A stretch of 9,304 nt of DNA from Prasinococcaceae sp. CCMP 1430 (GCA_013416795.1 RQSC01000882.1:1-9304), one strand, 5' to 3'; positions 1 through 7,569 are shown, counted from the first letter of the stretch. Program-made: numbers and translations. Notes: generated by a model from the letters alone, not told the origin.

Positions 1-128
1 AGGATTATGTGCAGAGCATTTTCTACCTTAAGGCCTGTCAGAAGGCTATCATCTCGTTTTATGCTTGATTCCAAGCCATCTCTTCGTGTTTTGGGTGCCT
101 ATCTTCTTGCCTTGAAGTGATCACAAGG

Positions 129-324
129 AAACCCTAGTCCTGTTAGGGTTTGCACAAATTTGTTTTCCCATTCCAACAAGTGTTGCCCATCTTAGGGTTT
201 ATCAATCTTTTAGGGTTATAGGGCGTTTACTTTGTTCAAGGGCTGTGTTGAATGGATCTCATCGATCTTTCATTGATCTACAAGTGAGGGGCACCATATT
301 TTCCTCTCAAAACCCTAAACCCTA
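129..324. promoter_or_regulatory. Cluster of telo-box / plant telomere-like motifs (AAACCCTA) upstream of gag
   Basis: There are five exact AAACCCTA/TAGGGTTT octamers at 129-136, 144-151, 193-200, 310-317 and 317-324, the last two forming tandem AAACCCT AAACCCT A. TTTTAGGGTTA at 208-218 is a near match. The motifs are directly visible, but a regulatory function is inferred. Confidence 0.55.
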
Positions 325-447
325 GTTTTGGGCAAATTGAACAACATTGCAGCTTATTTCCCATCTCTCTGAGACTTCAACTATTATTGTGACCCTTTGT
401 CCCTGAACGGATCTATTGGTCGTCGAGTGATCGTGTTATCTTGGTCT

Positions 448-3400
448 ATGACCACATCAACTGACGGTGAAACCCATCCATCAGAGCACTCTCACCCCTC
501 TTCAAGTGGTGAGTTACCAACTGAAGGGTTTAACCCTGAAAGGCCTGTCTCCTCACCTCTTACTATTACAAACCCTGTTATTGACGTCAGTTATTCCCCT
601 GGTGACTCTGAGGCTTCTTCACCCTGTAGTCTTGCTAGACAGTCAACTGAGGGTTTAGAAGGGGGGGAAGGTCATCCATTCCTCCAACAACTCCCTTTTA
701 ACCAAAGCGGTGGAACGCGCTCTTTTTGGGAGAACAACTATTTTTCTGACAGTGACTCTGACGACGACATGAGTGCCATCAAGGAGACTCGGGACACTAA
801 GTCCACCCGCCTTTATTCTGGCAATGTGGATGATGGCATTACGCTTGTGCAACTGGGTAATCAGTACAAGCTACGCCTACAAGAGGTCACTGCCAAATGG
901 GCTCGACAGCAGCGAGGTGAAGTTTCCAAAGAACGAGAGGCGGAAGAGCTACGGTTGATGCTCACAGGGGAGGCTGCCATGCTCTTTGAAATGCATTATG
1001 ATGACCTCGTTGCTGACAGTGCGTCTGTATGGGACATTTTTGAGGCGAAAGCTCGCATTGTCTTTCCACCACCTGTTGGGCGTATTATTCAGGAGTTGCG
1101 ACGATTCAAGTTACAGCCGGGTGAACGTATTACTATCGCGCGACTCCGGATTAATAAGCTTTTGTCGCAGTTGGGTCCAAATGATAACATCCCTGAACAG
1201 GAGATTGCTACAAATATTTTGGCCCAACTTCCTGCTAACATCCGCGACAAAGTACTCATGGAGTTTGCTGGTAAGGATGGCAGCCTTGACAATCTCAATG
1301 TTGACCATATTGTGGAAGTGGCTGCAAAGTGGGAGCATGCTCTGGGTTATATTCATGGTTGGGCCACTGCCTCATCTTCATCAACCCCTGCTGCTCACAA
1401 TATTGATTTCACATCCTTGGGCAATCGCAACAATGTCAAATCTGAGAAGTATCAACGCAATCAACAAATGAGGGATTCTGGCTTGCGATGCTTCGGATGT
1501 GGAAAATTGGGTCATTCTCGCAGTCGATGTCCTCTTCATTCTGGAGATAAAATCTGTGATGCTTGCCACAAGAAGGGTCATATCCGCTCAGGCTGCTTTC
1601 AGACCAATCCTACCCTACGTCCCAAATCCACGGAACCTTCTGCCTTCCTATCATCTATGGGTCAAGATGAGGGCCATCTCGGAGACAACCTGTCTGGGCA
1701 TGAAGGTGAGGTGAAGGGTATTGGTAAGGTTCGCTGTCCCGGGTGTGGCAAACCGGGCCACACATCTGATCGTTGCTTTAAAATCCATCCCGAACTCCGT
1801 CCAGGACGTAAGGGTGGTTCCACTGCGCAGGGACTTGGCTCATCCCCTACTGTGAGTAACCTTGATGTGGAGGCCTTGAGGGCTCAGATTGCACAGCTTC
1901 AAGCCAGCGTGAATGATTTGACGCAGAGTGGGGTACGTGAGGCACGTGCTGCTGAATTACACTATGGCAGTTTGAATGCACAGCACGGTGGCCTTCAGTC
2001 TGAATCCTCTGCTAGCGTATCTCTTCCTACGTATGTTTTGGCTGGGCAGAGTGGTTCTTCATTTCCTGACAAGATTGAGCTTCATGAGCGGGTGCTGCGG
2101 TCTGCACGCAAACTTTCAGCGCCAAGTGGGCCGCAGCCACTTCCTGAGGCACCTGATCATGGTCGAGATGTAACCAAGATCACATCAAGGTTGCCTATGA
2201 GCTTTGTGCAATATTCTCCACCACGGGCTGATGCCTCCTCCCTACCCTCACCTCCTCATCATTCTGCCAACCCGGTGCCCCGACTTTCTCGTTTCAAAGA
2301 GACTTCTGCACCCGAGTCTAAGGATATTACTGCTTCTGCTAGTGGTGCCCATAAGGTTGGGCTCACTCTTACCCCCACTGATGTGCGTGCTGTGGCTGAG
2401 GCATGTGCCAATCTTCTGCACAGCACTGGTGACCCTTATCGAAGAGGAGATCGCAGGGATGTCACGCCTGGGGTCATGTATGTTGATAATTCTCAGAAGG
2501 TGCTGGAGGTCAATGGACACTATCCAACCAAGGCCATGCTTGATTCAGGGGCATCCGCTGTTTTCATCAGCGCACCTTTTGCTGAGTTCATTGGGCTGAA
2601 GTCAGAGAATTTCCAAGATGTTTATGCCACATTGAATCAGGCAAGTGGCACCTCTCGCTCCATTGAGAAAATCACCAAGGATCCCATCAACATCACCTTC
2701 AAGCCAGGCACGGGAGACACATGTCTCATTCAATGTCGCTGCATTCTTACGCATGCCTTCGCTTATGATCTACTAATTGGCGGTACCGTTCTCTATCCGG
2801 CTGGGTTTGTCCTGGATTATTGGGGTGAGAAGGCGGAGTACCGTCCAGATTGGCGATTGCTTGATGGTCGACGGGCTTCCTTGCCTGTTACCATGGTTGA
2901 AGGCACTTCGGTGAGTCGGGATTCTGGGAAGGCTCTAACCTTAGAGCTCAACTTCCGCCTTATGGAGCCTATGGTTGCTGCAGCGCATGTTTCAATTCTT
3001 GAGCCTTCGCTGGATGCAGCTTGTTTCAAAGCTGAGGACTGGGAGTGGCAGATCCAAGCTGAAGCTGAGATTGGCACCCTCTCTGCTGCTCTCATTGGTG
3101 CCGTCGGTCAAGTGGTGGGCACCAAGAGCCCTCCTCCTCTTCATCCAGCCCATTGGTCATGTAGCCGAGGCCCACTTGATATGCAGCGTGCTCTCCTCAC
3201 GCACCCTCTCCACCTACCTCTTCCACCTAATACTATCAACCGCACAGTGGACACGCGAGTTCTTGAGGGCTGGCCTCCTCCGCAGGCCTCCACAACATCA
3301 AAAGGACTTGTCGTTTTGGATTTATTTGGTGGATTGGGTACTGGTGTGGAAGCCCTGTTGGCAACTGGCTATCATATCCACAAGTATATATACTGTGATA

Positions 3401-6400
3401 AGGATCCTCTGGCTCAGCATGCTATCGTTCACCGTCTGCTCACTCTTTCGTCTGCATATCCTGCCCAACTTCCACCTACCTCCTTTGCAAGCTGTCTGAA
3501 GCTGCTACCGCAGGATGTCAATCTTGTGACAAGGGATCATCTTGCCACACTTGGGCCTGTGGATATCTTATTCGCAGGCTGGCCATGCCAAGGGGTCAGT
3601 AGAGCTGGCAAGGGTCTTGGGCTTGATGATCCGCGTACTGCTTGCTTCCACATCCTGGTGGATGTTCTGGGTCAACTTCAGAGTATGGATCACAATCGTC
3701 ATATGGCATATGTTCTCGAGAATGTGCCTTGTGACACAGACCACCGTGTGGGTGTTCGAAGGGCTAAGGATGAGTTCTTCCTGCGTTTGGGTCCACCATT
3801 TGCCATGGATGCTGCTGGTGTTGGCTCTTACGCTCATCGTGCTCGGTGGTATTGGACCAATCTGGCGTCCCATCACTCGCTCAACCTGGCTTATAGTCTT
3901 CGACCACCACCTGGACGGGCTGCAAAGGATGTGCTTGATCCTGGCCGTGCCCCGCAAATCTGTCAAATGCCTGATCAACCACCTATGGCTTCCATCAATC
4001 GCGTCGGGGAGGAAATTAAAATCTTTCCTACGCTTCTTTCTTTTCCTGAGAGTCATGCGTTCAACCATGGTGGTCCAGGTATGGTGCGAGACTTGTCCAC
4101 GGGTGCCTTGTCACCGCCCACAGTCACAGAACGTGAACGCATGCTTGGTCTTTGGCCACACTCCACTGCTGCTCCCTCGCTGACTCATCATGATCGGATC
4201 ACTTTAATGGGGCAATGCATCGATCTGCACGCTCTCACTTGGCTTCTTGGAGCTGCTCAACAATTTCAACGCACCCTACACTTGCTGCTTTCCCCTGCGA
4301 GTCATGCCTCTTATGTGCAGCAGCCGGGTGTGCCTACCATGGCAGACCACCTGGCTGGGGGGGGTCAAGCTGATATTGTCACAAAGCAGCAAGCACGAGA
4401 GGTTGCCCCTCAGACCACCAAGGACACAGAGCAATGCTTTCAATGGGATATCAATCCCGAGCTTACGTCTGAGCAACGTGCAAAGGTTGTCGCCCTGATG
4501 GAGAGGCACAGGGATGCTTTTGCGTTCAGTTTAGGGGAACTTGGGCGCTACAATGGCGGGTATTTTGAGATTGACACGGGGGATGCCAAGCCAATTTTTT
4601 GTCGCAAGCAACGTATGGCTAAGGCAGAGGAGGATCTCATGCAAGAGCAAATTGAAAAGTTGCTGAAAGCGGGACTTATTCGAGAATCTTCAGGACCTTG
4701 GGCATCTCAAACTACTATGGCTTTGAAAAAGGACCCTGAAGGCAATTGGACTTTGCGAAGAATGGCGGGCGTTTATGTTCCTATCAACAGTGTGACACGT
4801 GCTGAAGTTTATCATGGCCGTACCCCAGATGAAATTTTTGATGGGCTTGGAGACGATTCGTGGTTCTCCTTGATTGACCTACGCAGTGGTTTCAACCAAA
4901 TTCCGCTCAGGGAGGAGGACTGCTGCAAAACTGCTTTCTGGGGACGCGATCGGCTTTATGAGTGGGTGGTGATGCCTTTTGGCCTAAAGAACTCTGCAGT
5001 ACGCTTTCAACGTATCATGGATCAACATGTCTCACGCCATGATGTGGATGTGTATATTGATGACGTTTTTCCTCACACGATCTCTTTTGACACACATCTC
5101 GAGACACTTGACTGGGTCTTCAATCAGTTCAAGCGCATCAATATGAAGGGTCATCCTGAGAAGTTGCGCCTATGCTATCGTAAGATTGATGCCTTGGGGC
5201 ACACTGTTCTTCCGCATGGGTTGTCTGTTCAAGAGGGGAGAGTTAAGGCTATTGCGTTAATGCCTGAGCCACGTGATGTACCTCAACTGCGAATCATCCT
5301 GGGAGTCGGGAATTACTATCGTCGGTTTGTGGTCAACTACTCTGCTCTCATGGCCCCTCTCACTCTCCTGTTGCGCAAAGAACAACGTTGGGTCTGGCAT
5401 GCTGAACAGCAGGAGGCCTTTCGAAGCATGAAGCTTGCTCTCTGCAATGCACCTGTCCTCTTACGCCCCAACCATCGCCATCCCTTCATCCTTTACACTG
5501 ACTGGTGTGCCAAGGGACTGGGGGGGGTACTCACGCAGGTGGATGTTGAGGGTCTGGAACGTCCTGTGGCTTTCAGCTCGAGGTCTTGCTCACCAACGGA
5601 GGCACTGCTGAGCTCTTACGAGGGTGAAGCATTGTCCGCTGTTTGGAATATCCAGCATTTCCGTTACTTTCTTTTCGGGGTTCACTTCACTTTGGTGACC
5701 GACCATCAGCCACTACAATGGCTCATGAACAACCAAAAGTTGACAGGAAAGCTTGCGCGTTGGCGCCTTATCTTGGCTGAGTATGATTTTAAGGTGGTTC
5801 ATCGAGCAGGGAGCCTGAATCAGGTGGCAGATGCATGCTCGCGCCTGCCTTTACCTTCTTCCAAAGATGACACGGGTGTGGGGCTGGACTCTGATCAGTC
5901 AGCGCTTGACGCATCTCTCCATCCCGCGGTCTTTCTTAGCCACCTCCCTGCAGTTGTTGATCCACCTAATGATGACAATCCCATGCCTCAGAGCCCAATG
6001 GATATTTGGGAGGATGCACCTACTCTTCATTTTCTTCGTGAGGGTGTGCATCTCCCCCATTTGTTACCAAAGGAGAGGGATCGCGTTATGCATCGGGCCA
6101 AGAATTTCCGGTGGGTTGATGGCGGCTTATTACGCGAGGTTCCGGGGAGCCCTCTCTCACCAGGGACGGGTGTTCGCGTGGTTCCTCGTCCTGCTGAACG
6201 TCCTCTCGTCATCCAAGAGATGCACGAACAGATGGGTCACTTGGGTCAAAAGCGTACTCTTGATCTTGTCTCTGCGCAGTTCTGGTGGTGTGGTATGGCG
6301 GGTGATGTAACTGCACAGGTCCGTCAATGTGGACAATGCGATCGCGTGAAAAACTCTTTTAATGCTACCGACTCTACTCTTCACCCCCTACCCATCATGG

Positions 6401-7485
6401 GACTATGCTACCGTTGGTCTGTTGATCTCCTAGGGCCATTGCCAACCACCACTCAGGGCTCATATCGCTTTGTTATGGTTATGATCGAGCATTTCAGCAA
6501 ATGGGTGGAATTGGCTCCTCTTCAGTCCAAGGACGCGGATCTCACTGCCTCTATCTTTCTTGACCGTGTCTTGGCGCGCTTTGGAGCACCTGGAGAAGTT
6601 CTCACTGACCAAGGTACTGAATGGCAAGGATCCTTTGCTGCTCTTCTGCGGCAGGCAAAAGTGGATCATCGTGAAACTAGTCGCAATCATCCGCAAGCAA
6701 ATGGGCTTGCAGAGCGATTGGTTCAGACTGTCAAGAAGACCCTGCGTGCGCATTGTTTGCAACGTGACCGCCACGAATGGCACAAGTGGCTCCCATGGCT
6801 TGCATTGGGACTTCGTTGTAGTGGTCAATCTGCACTTGGGGGTCTTTCTCCATATTTCCTCCTCTATGGTCGTCATCCCTCTCTCCCGTCTTCTCTTCAT
6901 CGTTATGTTCAACATCCTCTGGATCTAGATGACGTGAAGCATGTTCACAAGGCTATCGAGCAGCGTGCTCACCTTTTTCAGCAACTCATGCCTATGGCTA
7001 TGCAGAACTTGGCTATTGCGCAGCAACGTGATACCCTACGATATGCCATGACGCGTAGTGGTCATTTTATTGCAAAGAGGCATCAGTTCAAAGAAGGTGA
7101 CTATGTTTATCTCAAGCGGCAAACGAAGGATACTTTGGACACTGCATGTTCAAAAGTGATTCTTCGTGTCAACAAAGTATTACCAATGGGTGTCTTGGAG
7201 CTTATTGGAAGGTGCGGTAGCACTACGCGTGATAATGTTACCAATTGCGCACCTTGCCATTTGCCCGACATTGATGGGCGCATTGATCCATCGTTGAAGC
7301 GGGTTACGATTCACACAGCATGCGAAGTTTGCAAGTCTGAGGCGGACGAAGCCACCATGCTCATTTGTGATGGTTGCAACTCGGGCTGGCACATGACATG
7401 CTTGCAACCGGTGCTCACTGAGGTTCCTGATGGGGATTGGTTTTGCCCGCGCTGCAGAGAGTCTCTGGTTGGTACGGAAATTTGA
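448..7485 (+). CDS. Gag-Pol polyprotein (2345 aa from the first ATG): Gag, 3x CCHC, protease, DNMT3-like methyltransferase, RT, RNase H, integrase, PHD
   Basis: The frame has no stop from 397 to TGA at 7483-7485. The track starts at TTG 397, a non-AUG codon. The first in-frame ATG is 448 (MTTSTDG) and the next is 769 (MSAIKET), so the true start is uncertain. Domain motifs are listed in the features below. Confidence 0.93.
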   Translation: MTTSTDGETHPSEHSHPSSSGELPTEGFNPERPVSSPLTITNPVIDVSYSPGDSEASSPCSLARQSTEGLEGGEGHPFLQQLPFNQSGGTRSFWENNYFSDSDSDDDMSAIKETRDTKSTRLYSGNVDDGITLVQLGNQYKLRLQEVTAKWARQQRGEVSKEREAEELRLMLTGEAAMLFEMHYDDLVADSASVWDIFEAKARIVFPPPVGRIIQELRRFKLQPGERITIARLRINKLLSQLGPNDNIPEQEIATNILAQLPANIRDKVLMEFAGKDGSLDNLNVDHIVEVAAKWEHALGYIHGWATASSSSTPAAHNIDFTSLGNRNNVKSEKYQRNQQMRDSGLRCFGCGKLGHSRSRCPLHSGDKICDACHKKGHIRSGCFQTNPTLRPKSTEPSAFLSSMGQDEGHLGDNLSGHEGEVKGIGKVRCPGCGKPGHTSDRCFKIHPELRPGRKGGSTAQGLGSSPTVSNLDVEALRAQIAQLQASVNDLTQSGVREARAAELHYGSLNAQHGGLQSESSASVSLPTYVLAGQSGSSFPDKIELHERVLRSARKLSAPSGPQPLPEAPDHGRDVTKITSRLPMSFVQYSPPRADASSLPSPPHHSANPVPRLSRFKETSAPESKDITASASGAHKVGLTLTPTDVRAVAEACANLLHSTGDPYRRGDRRDVTPGVMYVDNSQKVLEVNGHYPTKAMLDSGASAVFISAPFAEFIGLKSENFQDVYATLNQASGTSRSIEKITKDPINITFKPGTGDTCLIQCRCILTHAFAYDLLIGGTVLYPAGFVLDYWGEKAEYRPDWRLLDGRRASLPVTMVEGTSVSRDSGKALTLELNFRLMEPMVAAAHVSILEPSLDAACFKAEDWEWQIQAEAEIGTLSAALIGAVGQVVGTKSPPPLHPAHWSCSRGPLDMQRALLTHPLHLPLPPNTINRTVDTRVLEGWPPPQASTTSKGLVVLDLFGGLGTGVEALLATGYHIHKYIYCDKDPLAQHAIVHRLLTLSSAYPAQLPPTSFASCLKLLPQDVNLVTRDHLATLGPVDILFAGWPCQGVSRAGKGLGLDDPRTACFHILVDVLGQLQSMDHNRHMAYVLENVPCDTDHRVGVRRAKDEFFLRLGPPFAMDAAGVGSYAHRARWYWTNLASHHSLNLAYSLRPPPGRAAKDVLDPGRAPQICQMPDQPPMASINRVGEEIKIFPTLLSFPESHAFNHGGPGMVRDLSTGALSPPTVTERERMLGLWPHSTAAPSLTHHDRITLMGQCIDLHALTWLLGAAQQFQRTLHLLLSPASHASYVQQPGVPTMADHLAGGGQADIVTKQQAREVAPQTTKDTEQCFQWDINPELTSEQRAKVVALMERHRDAFAFSLGELGRYNGGYFEIDTGDAKPIFCRKQRMAKAEEDLMQEQIEKLLKAGLIRESSGPWASQTTMALKKDPEGNWTLRRMAGVYVPINSVTRAEVYHGRTPDEIFDGLGDDSWFSLIDLRSGFNQIPLREEDCCKTAFWGRDRLYEWVVMPFGLKNSAVRFQRIMDQHVSRHDVDVYIDDVFPHTISFDTHLETLDWVFNQFKRINMKGHPEKLRLCYRKIDALGHTVLPHGLSVQEGRVKAIALMPEPRDVPQLRIILGVGNYYRRFVVNYSALMAPLTLLLRKEQRWVWHAEQQEAFRSMKLALCNAPVLLRPNHRHPFILYTDWCAKGLGGVLTQVDVEGLERPVAFSSRSCSPTEALLSSYEGEALSAVWNIQHFRYFLFGVHFTLVTDHQPLQWLMNNQKLTGKLARWRLILAEYDFKVVHRAGSLNQVADACSRLPLPSSKDDTGVGLDSDQSALDASLHPAVFLSHLPAVVDPPNDDNPMPQSPMDIWEDAPTLHFLREGVHLPHLLPKERDRVMHRAKNFRWVDGGLLREVPGSPLSPGTGVRVVPRPAERPLVIQEMHEQMGHLGQKRTLDLVSAQFWWCGMAGDVTAQVRQCGQCDRVKNSFNATDSTLHPLPIMGLCYRWSVDLLGPLPTTTQGSYRFVMVMIEHFSKWVELAPLQSKDADLTASIFLDRVLARFGAPGEVLTDQGTEWQGSFAALLRQAKVDHRETSRNHPQANGLAERLVQTVKKTLRAHCLQRDRHEWHKWLPWLALGLRCSGQSALGGLSPYFLLYGRHPSLPSSLHRYVQHPLDLDDVKHVHKAIEQRAHLFQQLMPMAMQNLAIAQQRDTLRYAMTRSGHFIAKRHQFKEGDYVYLKRQTKDTLDTACSKVILRVNKVLPMGVLELIGRCGSTTRDNVTNCAPCHLPDIDGRIDPSLKRVTIHTACEVCKSEADEATMLICDGCNSGWHMTCLQPVLTEVPDGDWFCPRCRESLVGTEI
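805..1335 (+). other. Gag capsid-like (retrotransposon gag) domain
   Basis: LTGEAAMLF (961-987), SVWDIFEAKARIVF (1024-1065) and IIQELRRFKLQPGE (to 1125) match the L-x-G-x-A, W-x2-F-x7-F and Q-x2-E pattern of retrotransposon Gag. The domain lies just before the zinc knuckles. Confidence 0.65.
1489..1776 (+). other. Three CX2CX4HX4C nucleocapsid zinc knuckles
   Basis: CFGCGKLGHSRSRC (1489-1530), CDACHKKGHIRSGC (1555-1596) and CPGCGKPGHTSDRC (1735-1776) all have exact CCHC spacing. Confidence 0.95.
2500..2820 (+). other. Retropepsin-type aspartic protease domain
   Basis: AMLDSGASAVFIS has the catalytic DSG at 2542-2550. The downstream DLLIG (2767-2781) matches the conserved C-terminal hydrophobic-G motif. 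Confidence 0.9.
3307..4260 (+). other. C5 cytosine DNA methyltransferase domain, DNMT3-like
   Basis: The ordered C5-MTase motifs are I DLFGGLG (3319-3339), II YCD (D 3397), III QDV (D 3514), IV DILFAGWPCQ (catalytic Cys 3586-3588), V GLDDPR, VI YVLENV (ENV 3718-3726), VIII AHRARWYWTN (R 3838, R 3844), IX TERERMLGL (ERER 4129-4140) and X RITLMGQCID (G 4210). AHRARWYWTNL and VTRDHLATLGPVD closely parallel DNMT3A AHRARYFWGNL and VTQKHIQEWGPFD (comparison from memory). Confidence 0.93.
4441..5220 (+). other. Reverse transcriptase domain (Ty3/Gypsy type)
   Basis: GLIRESSGPWAS, IDLRSGFNQI (catalytic D 4876), KTAF, MPFGLKNS (4972-), YIDD (5053-5064) and LGH (5194-5202). Confidence 0.97.
5482..5850 (+). 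other. RNase H domain (Ty3/Gypsy type)
   Basis: LYTDW (D 5500), YEGE (E 5626), VTDHQPL (D 5701) and ADACSR (D 5830) supply all four acidic catalytic positions. Confidence 0.95.
5998..7266 (+). other. Integrase: HHCC zinc-binding domain, DDE core and SH3-like C-terminal region
   Basis: H 6223, H 6238, C 6328 and C 6337 form the HHCC. The core is WSVDLLGP (D 6424), LTDQG (D 6607) and HPQANGLAER (E 6712), with 34 residues between the second D and the E. FKEGDYVYLK at 7087 starts the C-terminal region, which has no canonical GPY/F. Confidence 0.95.
7321..7455 (+). other. PHD finger (C4HC3) at the polyprotein C-terminus
   Basis: CEVCKSEADEATMLICDGCNSGWHMTCLQPVLTEVPDGDWFCPRC has C 7321, C 7330, C 7366, C 7375, H 7390, C 7399, C 7444 and C 7453, plus the typical P-x-G-x-W-x-C. 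Confidence 0.96.
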
Positions 7486-7561
7486 TCTATATTGGTGTTT
7501 GCGCACTCCTCCTAACTAGTGGTATATTATGCAAAGCCTGTTCGCTGGCTCCATCCTTTGC

Positions 7562-7569
7562 AGGGGGGG
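7562..7569 (+). other. Putative polypurine tract (plus-strand primer)
   Basis: AGGGGGGG lies 77 bp downstream of the stop codon and is followed directly by TG (7570-7571), the usual PPT/3' LTR junction. The tract is short. Confidence 0.6.

Noticed and set aside
310-324. True telomere or interstitial telomeric array
   Set aside because: There are only two tandem units, and the other copies are dispersed and in both orientations, which fits telo-boxes.
397-447. TTG start at 397 used by the ORF track
   Set aside because: The element is eukaryotic, so initiation at ATG 448 or 769 is more plausible. Codons 397-447 are probably leader.
1-620. Primer-binding site candidates (TGG at 416, 442, 507, 600)
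   Set aside because: None matches the tRNA-iMet PBS TGGTATCAGAGC or more than about 6 nt of other tRNA ends I recall, and none directly follows an LTR-ending CA.
3307-4260. Reading the methyltransferase as a bacterial restriction-modification gene or prophage cargo
   Set aside because: It is fused in frame within a eukaryotic retroelement polyprotein, has DNMT3-like signatures and has no neighbouring nuclease or operon structure.
467-7506. Many alternative-frame and antisense ORFs overlapping the polyprotein (e.g. 3542-4183 +, 3568-4068 -, 2975-3499 +, 986-1471 +)
   Set aside because: They have no recognisable motifs and are expected shadows of a long biased ORF.
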